From positions 800,001-864,000 of the forward strand of contig CAWJAX010000003.1 of assembly GCA_963841015.1 (NCBI GenBank): a stretch of 64,000 nucleotides of DNA, read 5' to 3'. The position numbers were made by a program, and so were the translations under genes. Below, piece by piece: positions 47,242 to 58,312 of the stretch. Each line of letters begins with the position of its first letter. The first letter of the stretch is position 1. The DNA is from an uncultured Methanoregulaceae archaeon (GTDB lineage Archaea; Halobacteriota; Methanomicrobia; Methanomicrobiales; Methanospirillaceae). Under the pieces are notes generated by a model that had not been told where the DNA came from, searched no databases, and worked only from the letters and a program-made list of their open reading frames with translations.

Positions 47242-48372
47242 TTAGCTGATTTCCGCCATGCCACGGCAGCAAAGAAACACTGCTACCGCTTCCGGTACTG
47301 TAATGATGCCTTTTTGGAGTTCATAAGTACTTCCGAGCATCGGTATCGTGACAGCATGGATAAGGTCAACCCTTACATCCCGCATTGAAAAGACTACGGC
47401 GTCTACAAGCGGTTCAAAGTCCTGGAGATCGCGGAGTTCAAGGGGTTGAACCCGCATACCGCTCCCGCCATGCAGCGATGTTGGCATTCGTATCAGCCTT
47501 TTTGTATCCGTGGTGACAGGCTCATCTGCAAGAGCGGCACGTGAAAGGAGACGTTTTTTAAATTCCCCTTCCTGTTGAATGAAAATAGCATGAAGTACAC
47601 GGTTCTTTGCGATCATACTCGTGGGATGTCGTTCGATGGACCAAATAATCTCCTCGCGGTTTTTCAGGAAGGTGGTTGCTGAATCCCTGCCAATTCCCTC
47701 AATTCCCGTGAGATGTGCTATTGCTTCCTCATCAGTCAGGGTTCCAAGCCAGTGAATATATTCAAGAAGCGTTTCACGATATCGCGACTGCCATCCCGGA
47801 GATGCAGGTTTTTTACCGGAAAGCATTGCGGCAGGATCGATGCCGATCCCACAGACATAGTCAATCAGTTCCCGGCGTTCTGCACTTCCCCATCCTCTGA
47901 AGGCGATATCCTTGACATGCACATGATACCCACGACCGCCGGAAAAGACGAGCTCTATAGTTTTTGAATCGATACAAAATTCAAGGGTGAGCATCGCTAT
48001 GAGCTTCTCTGTTTCCTCCTTCACTCTGGCCAGCATCTGGTCATAAGGGCCTCGTATTATATGGTCTGCATCGAGATCAAAAATGAGATCTGCCCCGCAC
48101 CAGCCTTTTTCTGCCATGGTTCCGGCATCTGGTTTCTCATAGTATGCCGTCGAGTAGTAGGCATGCTGGGGCACGAGATTATGGATGAACTGGAAGAGTT
48201 CATCCTTTCCTGAAAAACCGACATGCCGGCGCATCCGGAGACTGGGGGTATGAGGGTTGAACAGCACAAAACCCCATTCCCGCTGTTCAAGCGATGAAGG
48301 AGCAACAAGAATGGTTTTTTTATAATAATCAGTGAAGCGCTGTCGGAGAAATTCGGTTGTCGCCGGGTTCAT
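47242..48372 (-). CDS. priS: DNA primase catalytic subunit
   Basis: REWGF, DLIFDLDADH, FSGGRGYHVH, DEPVTTDTKRLIRMP.SLHG. Confidence 0.96.
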   Translation of the reverse strand: MNPATTEFLRQRFTDYYKKTILVAPSSLEQREWGFVLFNPHTPSLRMRRHVGFSGKDELFQFIHNLVPQHAYYSTAYYEKPDAGTMAEKGWCGADLIFDLDADHIIRGPYDQMLARVKEETEKLIAMLTLEFCIDSKTIELVFSGGRGYHVHVKDIAFRGWGSAERRELIDYVCGIGIDPAAMLSGKKPASPGWQSRYRETLLEYIHWLGTLTDEEAIAHLTGIEGIGRDSATTFLKNREEIIWSIERHPTSMIAKNRVLHAIFIQQEGEFKKRLLSRAALADEPVTTDTKRLIRMPTSLHGGSGMRVQPLELRDLQDFEPLVDAVVFSMRDVRVDLIHAVTIPMLGSTYELQKGIITVPEAVAVFLCCRGMAEIS

Positions 48373-49946
48373 GGCAGCTCCTTAATCATATAGGGTCCTT
48401 TGCGTTCATATCCCTGTTTTTCGTAATAGGGGCGGACACCGATACCACTCATAATCGCCAGACAGGAGAATCCTGCGTCAAGGGTGATCTCTTCTGCCCG
48501 GGCGATGAGCACTTTTCCAAAATTCCTGTGCTGCCATTCTTCAGACTCAGCATCTTTCCCCACCGGAACGAGGCTTCCGTACACATGGAGCTCCCTCATG
48601 ACTGCGGCATTTTCAAGCTCAGCACGGTATACAAGGGAAGGGAACCGGAGCCGGGTAAACCCGATTATTGAATCATCAGACACTGCGGAGATAAAATGTT
48701 CCTGCCCACCGCAGGACACATACTTCGATACGTGGATTTCTGATTCTGCAAGGGAGGGAAGTCTTCCAATCTCCCTGCACCGGATGCAGCGGCAACCCCT
48801 GCCGGTTACCTTGAGACGGTGCTGGGCAAGCTGCCGGAAATTGGAGTGCCGGGAACCGGCAACGATCAGTTTTGCCGGAATATCGCGCTGGATCCGCTGG
48901 AGGCGGGTATACTCAGGGATCAGCGACTTTGCGTAGGCGACCAGATCGATCATGTCCTCCTCATCGTAGGGCATGTATGCACCCCGTTTCCAGTGTTCTT
49001 CAATTTCAGATCCCGGCGTAACAAGCGTAGGATAGATTTTTAGGAAATCCGGCAGGAAACGGGGATCGGAAAAGAGGGTTTCGAACATTTTTTTATCCAG
49101 GTCAATAGTTGAACCGGGAAGATTTGGCATGATATGAAAACCCACTTTCATTCCTGCATCACGAAGGAGTGTGTTTGCTTCAACGGTATCTGCCACACTA
49201 CATCCGCGCCGGTTATACGACAGGATAGTATCATCGACATGCTGCACACCAAGTTCCACTTTGGTTACACCGAGATGCAACATCCGATCAATATGTTCAC
49301 GCCGGCACCAGTCAGGGCGGGTTTCAAACGTGATCGCAACACAGCGGATGGCTGAGGTCTCATTTTCTTCCTGCATGGCGGTCACACTTCGTGGCATAGC
49401 TTCTGCTGTTCCACCCGGGTAGGTGTTCATCGCTTCAATGCAGCGTGAAACAAACTGCTCCTGGTATTCCGGTGTCCGTGCAGTCATAGTACCCCCCATT
49501 ACGATCAGCTCCACCTTGTCTACACGGTGCCCGAGGAGTTCAAACTGCTCAAGCCGGGCATGCACCTGGGCAAACGGGTCGTAGGAATGCTCCCGTGCCC
49601 GCAAAGCGGCGGGTTCCTCACCGGTATAGCTTTGCGGGGATTTGTACGGGTGGTCGGGTCCACCTGGACATGGCAGGCATTTGCCATGCGGACAGGGCGA
49701 TGGAGAGGTCATCACCGCAACAGGAGCTACTCCCGAAAGGGTCCGTGTGGGTTTCACGAGAAGGATCTTCCGGAGTATCTCCCGATCCGCTGGTTGAGCG
49801 ATCGCAAGAATGGCGGAATTTTTGGGAACGGCAGGCAACCGGTATTTCCGGCAGATATCGATCTTCACTGCAACGATAGCATCATCACCGGGCTGAAGGG
49901 TGAGGATGCGGGAGATCATCTCCCGGAACGCCTTCTCCTCATCCAT
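48369..49946 (-). CDS. elp3: tRNA uridine(34) acetyltransferase Elp3
   Basis: KPTRTLSGVAPVAVM, CPHGKCLPCPGG, ETRPD, KIYPT, RELHVYG, QHRNFGK. Confidence 0.95.
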   Translation of the reverse strand: MDEEKAFREMISRILTLQPGDDAIVAVKIDICRKYRLPAVPKNSAILAIAQPADREILRKILLVKPTRTLSGVAPVAVMTSPSPCPHGKCLPCPGGPDHPYKSPQSYTGEEPAALRAREHSYDPFAQVHARLEQFELLGHRVDKVELIVMGGTMTARTPEYQEQFVSRCIEAMNTYPGGTAEAMPRSVTAMQEENETSAIRCVAITFETRPDWCRREHIDRMLHLGVTKVELGVQHVDDTILSYNRRGCSVADTVEANTLLRDAGMKVGFHIMPNLPGSTIDLDKKMFETLFSDPRFLPDFLKIYPTLVTPGSEIEEHWKRGAYMPYDEEDMIDLVAYAKSLIPEYTRLQRIQRDIPAKLIVAGSRHSNFRQLAQHRLKVTGRGCRCIRCREIGRLPSLAESEIHVSKYVSCGGQEHFISAVSDDSIIGFTRLRFPSLVYRAELENAAVMRELHVYGSLVPVGKDAESEEWQHRNFGKVLIARAEEITLDAGFSCLAIMSGIGVRPYYEKQGYERKGPYMIKELP

Positions 49947-49953
49947 GAATGGT

Positions 49954-50220
49954 TTAATGTTCTGCTGCAACTTTTGTGGATGCAGTCTCTGAAGAATAGT
50001 TCACCACAGGAATATGATGCCCGTGGATATGGGTCACAATCTCATCTCCCAGCGTGAGAAGAGCATCTTTGTGGGCTTTTTTGTCCTTGTGAATGTGGAC
50101 CGGGGAAATTTCAAGGGAATTATAACGACTGGTTCCGATTTCTTCACTGGTGAGTCCTTCGTAGTACTTTTTGATGTGAATCATCAACATGTGTAAATGC
50201 AGCAACTCTTCCTTTTGCAC
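49954..50220 (-). CDS. UPF0058 family metal-binding protein
   Basis: KEELLHLH..ISPVHIHKDK..HK.A. Confidence 0.85.
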   Translation of the reverse strand: MQKEELLHLHMLMIHIKKYYEGLTSEEIGTSRYNSLEISPVHIHKDKKAHKDALLTLGDEIVTHIHGHHIPVVNYSSETASTKVAAEH

Positions 50221-50272
50221 ACTATCACCTTCTGCAAGCTGATTCTATTTCCTGTGATACACATATACCTTT

Positions 50273-51172
50273 TTGGTGAGGTTTATAACAGGAAACCTGC
50301 ATGCTGTGGGATCGTTCGTTGCGCTGGCAATTGGGGATGCTTTGGGTGCGCCCCTGGAAGGATCTGCCCGGACTGAATCGTGGGTGGCCGAAATGCTTCC
50401 CGGAGGGCGGCATTCCCGGAAAAAAGGGCAAATTACGGATGATACATTACAGGCAATGGCAGTGGCTGAATCGCTGACTGCATGCGGGGAATTTAACCAA
50501 ATAGACCTTATTTTAAGGTTACTTCACGGGTACGAGAAGCGTCCGGAATGGTACGGCCCGACCTCTTCTGCTTTCTTTAAACTGGTCAAATCCGGCACCC
50601 TGCCGCATCAGGCCGCGTGGCTGGTGCATAAACGACTGCACGGAAGCCGTAGCAATGGGAGCGTAATGCGAGGATTTCCTCTAGGCATCTTCTATCCCTC
50701 ACCATTCGTTTATGAGGTGAGTCTTGCGTGCTCGCAGCTCACGCACTTTGATCCGGTTGCCGCGCATTGTTCAGCCTGGCTGAACGTGATGGTGAGTGAT
50801 ATGTGCCGCGGAATTTCCCGAAATAAGGCATTCCGTCATGCACGATCGCTGTGTACGATTCAGGAAGTGCATACAATACTCGGAAACTATACGGAGTATA
50901 CCCCGGTTGCCTCGCTTGACGCGGTGCTCTGTTCACATGCATCGTTATCCTGCTTCATGAACGCCCACACACTTGAAGGTGCAATCCTCTCGGCGATCAA
51001 TCTCGGGGGGGATGCTGACACCGTTGGTGCCTGCTGCGGTGCACTGGCCGGGGCACACTGGGGGTTTGGAACAATTCCAAAGCGGTGGATAAAGGATATT
51101 GAAGACTACGAAAATATCCTGCATTGCGCAGAACATCTCTGGTATTGTGCAGAACAATTCCTTACACGATAA
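50273..51172 (+). CDS. ADP-ribosylglycohydrolase family protein
   Basis: AIGDALGAPLE, TDDT, SNGSVMR, LTH, GGDADTVGA. Confidence 0.92.
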   Translation: MVRFITGNLHAVGSFVALAIGDALGAPLEGSARTESWVAEMLPGGRHSRKKGQITDDTLQAMAVAESLTACGEFNQIDLILRLLHGYEKRPEWYGPTSSAFFKLVKSGTLPHQAAWLVHKRLHGSRSNGSVMRGFPLGIFYPSPFVYEVSLACSQLTHFDPVAAHCSAWLNVMVSDMCRGISRNKAFRHARSLCTIQEVHTILGNYTEYTPVASLDAVLCSHASLSCFMNAHTLEGAILSAINLGGDADTVGACCGALAGAHWGFGTIPKRWIKDIEDYENILHCAEHLWYCAEQFLTR

Positions 51173-51264
51173 TCGTATCAGTACCTTTTCGCACCAGGAT
51201 CAAAGACCGGGTCTTTATGAAAAACAGATACTGTGATTTTTAATCCATTTATCTGGAAAGTCAA

Positions 51265-51711
51265 TTACGCCGGCTTAATTTCAACAAGCTTCAGCATCCG
51301 CCCTTTCTCGCAGATATCCGAAGCATTACCAAGTACCGAAGCAACGATGTATTTTTCTCCTTCCACTACACCCTCCGGGTGACAGAGCGGGAAACTCCTG
51401 CAATCGCTCCTTGAACAGGATAATTCAGGTTTGATCTTTGAATTGACAATAGCCATATCTGCATTAATAAGCACCGTGATCGGGGCCTCCATAACCTCAA
51501 CAGCAATGGCACCATCGAGATGAACCGTGCATTCGTGGTGAGTTGTCCTTACAGATACGATGCGGTATTTCCTGCCTGCCTGCAGATTATTGCATGCCTT
51601 TTTTACTTTACAGGTATTACATCCGGCGACTTCACCTTCGTAAATGAACTCGATTCCCTGTTTTGCCAGAACCGTGCCCACCAGCGTCACTTTCGTTTTT
51701 GCCTCTGCCAT
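51265..51711 (-). CDS. UPF0179 family protein
   Basis: VTLVG..LA..G.EFIY..CNTCKVKKAC.NL..G. Confidence 0.8.
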   Translation of the reverse strand: MAEAKTKVTLVGTVLAKQGIEFIYEGEVAGCNTCKVKKACNNLQAGRKYRIVSVRTTHHECTVHLDGAIAVEVMEAPITVLINADMAIVNSKIKPELSCSRSDCRSFPLCHPEGVVEGEKYIVASVLGNASDICEKGRMLKLVEIKPA

Positions 51712-51723
51712 CGCAACTATACC

Positions 51724-52803
51724 TCAATCTGCGTAAAGCATCTTTACAAGATTCTGTGCTGATTCGCGTGTTAATCCCATGTCGAGAATTGTGAAGCGTT
51801 CCGGGCGGATAGTCTTTGCCAGAAGAAGCGCCTCAACAGCTGTTTCATCATCAATTCCAACTTCGGAAGGGGTGACCGGAGCACCGATACTTTTGAGTGA
51901 TGCGCGGATTCCCTTCCAGTCACCACCATGCAGGTACATGGAAATAATCGTCCCGATCCCACAACTCTCACCATGAAGTGCCTTACCGGGTGCGAGCTTA
52001 TCAAGCGCATGGGAGAACTTGTGTTCACCACCGCTAGCCGGGCGGGATGAGCCTGCGATGCTCATCGCAACACCGCTGGATACAAGAGCTGTTGTAACAA
52101 ACCATGCAGACTGTTCCTGGTGTGGCTTGATCAGATGGGCATTCTTTACCAGTATCTCAGCCGTCATCTTTGAGAGTGCTATTGCGTACTCACTCATCGA
52201 CTCCCCTTTTACCCGATGGGCGAGCTCCCAGTCAAGGATAGCGGTGTAGTTGGAAATCACGTCCGCACACCCGGCTGCGAGGAGCCGGTGCGGGGCGGAG
52301 GCGATGATGCCGGTATCTGCAACAATTGCAATTGGCGGTTGGGCATCCAGCGAAGCATGCCCCTCAACGGTTGGAACTGATGCGCGGGAAGAAGCAATAC
52401 CGTCATGTGATGCAGCAGTAGGGACAGAAATAAACTGGAGATCGAGGTTGTAAGAAACAATTTTTGCAGTATCGATGACCCGCCCCCCACCGATACCGAT
52501 AACAAAGTCCATCCCTGCCGCCGCTTTTTGTGCCCTCTTAATGATTGGAACACTGATCTCTTCTGCAATAAATGGCTTTACAGAATAGTCTTTTCCAAAG
52601 ATCTTCCGGACGTTTTCTCCGGCGAGATTCATCGTATTCTTTCCTGATATCAGGAGAGCAGACGTTCCAAGTTTGAGATCTTCACAGACCGAAGGTATCT
52701 GCCTGAACACATCATGCCCGATGATAACGTCGCGTGGCAGTTGCATCCACTTGGACTTGTCAAAAACTTTCGGTTTGAGTAATTTTATTGCATCTGCGCT
52801 CAT
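51724..52803 (-). CDS. egsA: NAD(P)-dependent glycerol-1-phosphate dehydrogenase
   Basis: GGGRVID, PTAASHDGIAS, SRPASGGEHKFSHALD, HGESCG. Confidence 0.95.
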   Translation of the reverse strand: MSADAIKLLKPKVFDKSKWMQLPRDVIIGHDVFRQIPSVCEDLKLGTSALLISGKNTMNLAGENVRKIFGKDYSVKPFIAEEISVPIIKRAQKAAAGMDFVIGIGGGRVIDTAKIVSYNLDLQFISVPTAASHDGIASSRASVPTVEGHASLDAQPPIAIVADTGIIASAPHRLLAAGCADVISNYTAILDWELAHRVKGESMSEYAIALSKMTAEILVKNAHLIKPHQEQSAWFVTTALVSSGVAMSIAGSSRPASGGEHKFSHALDKLAPGKALHGESCGIGTIISMYLHGGDWKGIRASLKSIGAPVTPSEVGIDDETAVEALLLAKTIRPERFTILDMGLTRESAQNLVKMLYAD

Positions 52804-52814
52804 TCTGATCATGG

Positions 52815-53681
52815 ATGATTAGTGATTTCATATACAAATATTACATCGATCCCATCAGGATGGGACAACCCTATAACATAGTTGACACGCTCACCTATGC
52901 GTTAATACTGGTCCTGGGTGTATATTTGTTGTACCGCTGGATGTCGCAATCGACCTGGCTTTCTGATATCGGATTTAAAATTGATGCCAGATTTATCCTT
53001 GCCACGCTCCCCTATGTGGTTCTTGGAGGGCTGTTGCGTGTTGTGCAGGATACCGGCATGATTACGGGTGATTTCCAGTTTTTACTTGTGACACCGCTCA
53101 TCTATTTCGTGCTCTTTTTTTTTACCATCAGTATGCTGTTTCTCTCCCGCTACCTTACTCTTCAGGGATTTACGAAGAGTTTTCTCACATTTTATACTTT
53201 CGCCGGTATTATGTCAGCATTTGTCGTTTTACTCGTCCTTTTTGCATGGGGTATCAACTATGCCCATGTTGACCTCTTTATCCTCGCGATTATCCCCCTA
53301 ATGGCTCTTACCGCAACCTTCCTGGTCTGGGCATGTATGCGCTATCTCCTCCGGTGGGAATACGTCACTGACCCCCTGTACCTGATACTTATTTTCGGTC
53401 AGCTGCTGGATGCAAGTGCAACGAGTTACGGCATAGACCTTCACCCGTCAGTCCGGTATATCGAACAACATGTTGTCGGTTCTGGTCTTATTGAGCTGAC
53501 CCATACCGCATTTGTAATGTTCCCGTTAAAACTGGTCGTGCTCTTCCCGGCAATCTATATCATGGAGCTCTACCGTAAAGAGGCAAATCCCGCGTTCTGG
53601 CATCTTGTGCTGCTCGCCATGATTGTAGTGGGGCTTGCACCGGGGATCCGTGATATGATGCGGATGGTACTCTATGTCTAA
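52815..53681 (+). CDS. DUF63 family membrane protein
   Basis: YYIDPI..YNIVDTLTY, LRVVQD, LLDASAT..YIEQH, GLAPGIRD. Confidence 0.85.
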   Translation: MISDFIYKYYIDPIRMGQPYNIVDTLTYALILVLGVYLLYRWMSQSTWLSDIGFKIDARFILATLPYVVLGGLLRVVQDTGMITGDFQFLLVTPLIYFVLFFFTISMLFLSRYLTLQGFTKSFLTFYTFAGIMSAFVVLLVLFAWGINYAHVDLFILAIIPLMALTATFLVWACMRYLLRWEYVTDPLYLILIFGQLLDASATSYGIDLHPSVRYIEQHVVGSGLIELTHTAFVMFPLKLVVLFPAIYIMELYRKEANPAFWHLVLLAMIVVGLAPGIRDMMRMVLYV

Positions 53682-54240
53682 TTCCCCGTTGACAAATGCA
53701 ATAATTGTAATACTCCTTCTTTTTTGCGCTACGATAACGGTAGGCTGGGTCGGAACAATGCAAAATCCGGTTATCGGTGAAAACCTGATGAAACTATTTG
53801 AAAAAGAGGTCGCAGGTCAGATATTGGGGAAAGATTCCGCGGATATCTTTGTCAAGCTCTTCTTTAACAATCTTGAGGCATGTATCCTGCTCTTTTTAGG
53901 TGGGGCATCGTTTGCAATTCTTACGATATTCATCATAACCCTGAATGGTATTCTCATTGGAGCAATCATGGAGATCGTACATAAAGATCACTCTGTCGCA
54001 TTTGTTGCCGCTGCAATCCTGCCCCACGGTATTTTCGAGATTCCTGCTTTTATCATTTCAGGAGCGATCGGCATCCTGCTCGCTCAATCCCTTATCAACG
54101 AGTGGTATAACGGAACGGATACTGCAGAAGATGCAAAGAAATTCGCCAGGATATTCGTCCTGTACGTAATACCGCTTGTAGCAATCGCGGCCTTTATCGA
54201 GGCTTTTATTACACCAATAATCATACATTTAGTAGTTTAA
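53674..54240 (+). CDS. SpoIIM/DUF95 family membrane protein
   Basis: FFNN, LNG..IG, ILPHGIFEIPA, AAFIEAFITP. Confidence 0.88.
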   Translation: MSNSPLTNAIIVILLLFCATITVGWVGTMQNPVIGENLMKLFEKEVAGQILGKDSADIFVKLFFNNLEACILLFLGGASFAILTIFIITLNGILIGAIMEIVHKDHSVAFVAAAILPHGIFEIPAFIISGAIGILLAQSLINEWYNGTDTAEDAKKFARIFVLYVIPLVAIAAFIEAFITPIIIHLVV

Positions 54241-54252
54241 AGGATCTGATTC

Positions 54253-55689
54253 ATGGATGATGATGCGGGCGCCCTGCCGTTAAAAGAAGATTTTTCTGCA
54301 TGGTATAATGATTTGTTATGGCGGGCAGAGATCATGGATGTCCGCTATCCGGTCAAGGGACTGTATGTCTGGTTTCCTTATGGTTTTGCCCTTCGCAAAT
54401 ACGTATACCAGAGACTACGGGATATTCTCGACCGTGACCACCAGGAAACCCTTTTTCCCCTTCTGATTCCTGAACAGGAATTTATGAAGGAAGCCGAACA
54501 TATCAAGGGATTTGAGGAGGAAGTCTACTGGGTGACGCATGGCGGTACAACACCTCTCGAGGTAAAACTGGCACTGCGTCCAACAAGTGAGACCGCTATC
54601 TATCCTATGTATGCACTCTGGATCCGGTCGCATGCTGATTTGCCTATTAAATATTACCAGATTGTAAACACGTTCCGGTACGAAACGAAACAGACCCGTC
54701 CACTGATACGTTTGAGGGAAATCACATCATTTAAAGAAGCTCATACAGTACATGCGACCTGGGAAGAGGCAGAAGAACAAGTTGAGGATGCAATCCGGCT
54801 CTACCGTGAATTCTATGACGGGCTCTGCATCCCGACACTCGTATCAAAACGCCCGGACTGGGACAAGTTCCCCGGCGCTGATTACACAATAGCGGTTGAT
54901 GCAATAATGCCAAATGGCAAGACACTCCAGATCGGCACCGTGCACCATCTTGGCGATCACTTTTCCCGGACATTCAACATTACCTACGAGGATAAAAACG
55001 GTGAGCAGAAGCTCGCACAGCAGACCTGTTACGGTATATCAGAGCGCTCAATTGCAGCCCTGATCAGCATACATGGCGATGACAAAGGCCTCATCCTCCC
55101 CCCGGCAGTTGCCACACTCCAGGCAGTGATTGTCCCTATTACTATCGGAAAACGCCATGCGGATGTGATGGCTGCAGCGCAGAAACTGAAAACAGACCTC
55201 ACCGCTGCGGGCTTCCGGGTGAAACTTGACACCCGTGATATGCGACCCGGGGCGAAATACTACTGGTGGGAACTTCGTGGTGTCCCGCTCCGGCTTGAGC
55301 TGGGGCCAAGGGACCTTGATGCAGGAAAAGTGATGGCAGTGAAGCGTACCGGTGAGAAAACGTCCATTGATCTTGCTTCGGTTATAGCAGGAGTGACCAA
55401 GGTGTTTGAAGAGATCACCGATACAATTCGTGCCGTTGCGGAAGAAAATATGAAAGCACATCTCTGTGCTGTTGGATCTCTGGATAATCTCAATACAACA
55501 CTTGACGAGGGCAAAGTTGCGGTGATCCACTGGTGTCAGCAAAAGGGGTGTGGAGACGCTGTTGAAACACAGACAAACGCGAGTATTCTTGGGACCGAGG
55601 TACGTTCACCGTATGTTCCCGCCGTATCTGGGATCTGTATAATATGCGGGAAACCAGGGAAACCGACACTGGTTGGAAGAGCGTACTGA
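54253..55689 (+). CDS. proS: Proline--tRNA ligase (archaeal type)
   Basis: [32 protein letters not shown]-terminal GRAY. Confidence 0.96.
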   Translation: MDDDAGALPLKEDFSAWYNDLLWRAEIMDVRYPVKGLYVWFPYGFALRKYVYQRLRDILDRDHQETLFPLLIPEQEFMKEAEHIKGFEEEVYWVTHGGTTPLEVKLALRPTSETAIYPMYALWIRSHADLPIKYYQIVNTFRYETKQTRPLIRLREITSFKEAHTVHATWEEAEEQVEDAIRLYREFYDGLCIPTLVSKRPDWDKFPGADYTIAVDAIMPNGKTLQIGTVHHLGDHFSRTFNITYEDKNGEQKLAQQTCYGISERSIAALISIHGDDKGLILPPAVATLQAVIVPITIGKRHADVMAAAQKLKTDLTAAGFRVKLDTRDMRPGAKYYWWELRGVPLRLELGPRDLDAGKVMAVKRTGEKTSIDLASVIAGVTKVFEEITDTIRAVAEENMKAHLCAVGSLDNLNTTLDEGKVAVIHWCQQKGCGDAVETQTNASILGTEVRSPYVPAVSGICIICGKPGKPTLVGRAY

Positions 55690-55848
55690 ATTGAAAGGCC
55701 GGAATGTTTGTCATCCTTTTTCACTTCTTTTTTTTACCGGCATTAATAACCACGAGAAAAAACCTATTCCTGATGCCGGACACAATTTTTTCCCCGTTCT
55801 TTTTTTACTGGAAAAGAACATATTACTAGACTATCAGAGGCGGCAATA

Positions 55849-57189
55849 GTGAATAAAAATCCAAAAGACACAGGCCCGATATATCTCCCGGAACGGTACA
55901 AGCAGAAGATTGAAGCAAAGAAGCGATGGCGCCTTATTAAAAATATCGTTGTAATCTGTACAATTGTCGCAATAAGTAGTGTGTTATTTCTGATATTGAG
56001 TGGAGCACTATCAAATTCACTGAACCAACCCCCGCTCGAAATTCCCGGGTCACTGGTATCCGTCCCGGAAATTACCCCGACAACTCTCCCCGTTGAGTCC
56101 GTTATACGTCTGGCACAGAACACGACCGCTATGAGACCTGGCGACACCACGGAAAACAAGGGAGGGACAACGCAATCAATCCACGATATGCAGTCCCAGA
56201 ATAATGCAACTGCTTATCTTCGGCAGGATTATCCGGAATCCGATTATACTCTCATCAGCGTTAATGTAACGGATTTGTATGCAGACCGTACCTTGTATGA
56301 GTATAAAATAAAACAGATAACTGCCGCACCGGATAGTGCAGGATTTTCGGTGTTCATTGATCCCAGAACGGGCGATTTCTTTACGCCGGGACAGGAAAAA
56401 GCCAAAATTACTGCTGACAGGGCAGAATATCTTGTAACAGAAGCGTTTCCACTGCTTCATTCAGAAAGGGTCTGGGTGAGATACAACAACAGTCCGGATT
56501 CTGCACGGGCATGGGAATTTACCAAGTACCGGGATAATTCGATAATCCTCACCGGAGCAATGGACCCGGAGACCGGCCAGATATTTTCATTCACCCGCAG
56601 CATACCATGGACGGGGCGACAGACCGATCCAATACTTGATGTGAATGCGGCACAAAAAATTGCAGATCGCTACATTTCTGATAAGAACAGGGCTTCACTT
56701 ACCCTTAACATGAGTGAGGTACGGTATAACCCGCTGCAATTTCCCCAGAAAACGGTTGCCGGGCTTTACGTTTTTGTCTACAACAGACTGGTTCAGGACA
56801 TTCCCTGTGATACGGAAGGATTCACCATTTCAGTGGATTCACTTACCGGGGAGATCAGTGGATATGACCGCCGCTGGAACATACCGGATAGTGCCTTTTC
56901 CCTGGCCACTGATCCCCTTATAACACGGACCGGAGCAACGTTTGTAGTGTTGAAAAAGGCTCAGGAAACGTACCCGACAGCAGTGGACGGACTTGCCATT
57001 ATCTCTGCTGAAATCAGATGGAAAGACTACCCACCTCAAGGCAGCACTCCCCGCCCGGGAAGTATTCCCCTTGCCTGGAAAATACTATTTTCCGATGAGG
57101 TCATCCGTGCAAAACCGTTGTCTTCACCCGCGGTAGCCTGGGTCGATGTGCAGACGGGGAAAATCCTCGACTTTTATTACGAACACTGA
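55849..57189 (+). CDS. Membrane-anchored PepSY/YcdB-YcdC-like repeat protein
   Basis: N-terminal TM helix; repeats of ID.RTG, MDPETG, VDSLTGEI, VDVQTGKI. Confidence 0.7.
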   Translation: MNKNPKDTGPIYLPERYKQKIEAKKRWRLIKNIVVICTIVAISSVLFLILSGALSNSLNQPPLEIPGSLVSVPEITPTTLPVESVIRLAQNTTAMRPGDTTENKGGTTQSIHDMQSQNNATAYLRQDYPESDYTLISVNVTDLYADRTLYEYKIKQITAAPDSAGFSVFIDPRTGDFFTPGQEKAKITADRAEYLVTEAFPLLHSERVWVRYNNSPDSARAWEFTKYRDNSIILTGAMDPETGQIFSFTRSIPWTGRQTDPILDVNAAQKIADRYISDKNRASLTLNMSEVRYNPLQFPQKTVAGLYVFVYNRLVQDIPCDTEGFTISVDSLTGEISGYDRRWNIPDSAFSLATDPLITRTGATFVVLKKAQETYPTAVDGLAIISAEIRWKDYPPQGSTPRPGSIPLAWKILFSDEVIRAKPLSSPAVAWVDVQTGKILDFYYEH

Positions 57190-57280
57190 TCTTTTTATAG
57201 ATCTGTTAATCTTTTTAGTTACCTTAAATTTCAGAGAGTTACATACCATTGCATCGGCTCACAAAAAATGAGTAATTATT

Positions 57281-57725
57281 GGCTCTTTGAGAAACAGACA
57301 TGAATCGTGGTGCTTCACTCCCGAACCATGAAAATCTTAATATTTTCGATGGAAAACCGCTTCAGCGCCTCTCCGAGGCACAGCGGGCAGGGTTTTTTTG
57401 AATTGTTTGTTCCTGATCCGCCGTGGGGGGCGACCGTTTCCGGGCCGGCGGCGATTATCGTACATGGAGGCGTGTGAAAAAAATCTCGTATCATAACTGA
57501 ATAGTTCAATTTTCAGGGGAATTCCTCATTTATACAAGGAAATAAAATATCAGGGCCTGCAACGATGAAAAAGGGCATACTGCCTGACACCTCAAACCAT
57601 AACAGCACTCAGGAGCGAGGCTGATGTCTTATCTGTTTGGGGAGTATCGCATCTGATGGGAACTACCATGGCGAACCGAAACCACTGTTCGAATGGAGCA
57701 GGTTATTGAGCATTTCTCTCGACCC
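57281..57725. mobile_element. Composite or degenerate MITE (445 bp): a distinct GC-rich left module plus a decayed family copy (about 57510-57725, minus orientation)
   Basis: Starts ggctctttgagaaac and ends attgagcatttctctcgaccc; flanks taattatt / tgattctt (6/8); ordered blocks gaattcct, tgcctg, gagcgagg, tatcgcatc, gaaacc match 25069-25276. Confidence 0.6.
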
Positions 57726-57856
57726 TGATTCTTAAAAGGGGACTAAGGTACTATCTCTAATCCCGCAGGAGAAGGATCTGATTCGGAACTGCCATTTCCT
57801 CTCCATCGTCACATTCACCATTTAACCAGCATCGTTAAAAAAAAATTGTGCAAAGA

Positions 57857-58312
57857 TCAGCACCGTTCGCATGCATATTCAACCACAAGTCGTGTATGGC
57901 GCATGTCGCCGCGGATTGACTTTTTTCCTCCACGGAAGAATAATTTTTGGCACTTTACACAGTGCTTGGGTTTGATCTGGTCCCAGGAATTCATCGGGAT
58001 CTCAAGGGTGAACTCTGTTTTTGTCCACTCTTCAGGGGGCTTCTCCGCATTCTGTTCATAGGTTGCAACAAATTCCATAATCTGGTGGGGAGGGACACCC
58101 AGATCGACAAATTTTTTAAAGACAAAATAATTGAAGATCAGCCAGGAGAGATCCGAACGATCGAGGATTCCTTCATACTCTCCGAACGACTCATCAAAAT
58201 CCTCAAGTGAGCACCCACAAAGCGGGCATTTTCCACCAACAAGCTCGTCGAGAAAAACCTCTTCCTGGCACCCGGGACATGTTGTGTGCGGGGATTGCAT
58301 GCGTGATGTCAT
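57857..58312 (-). CDS. Hypothetical protein with two zinc-ribbon pairs
   Basis: CPGC..CPLC at the N-terminus and CVKC..CERC at the C-terminus. Confidence 0.65.
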   Translation of the reverse strand: MTSRMQSPHTTCPGCQEEVFLDELVGGKCPLCGCSLEDFDESFGEYEGILDRSDLSWLIFNYFVFKKFVDLGVPPHQIMEFVATYEQNAEKPPEEWTKTEFTLEIPMNSWDQIKPKHCVKCQKLFFRGGKKSIRGDMRHTRLVVEYACERC

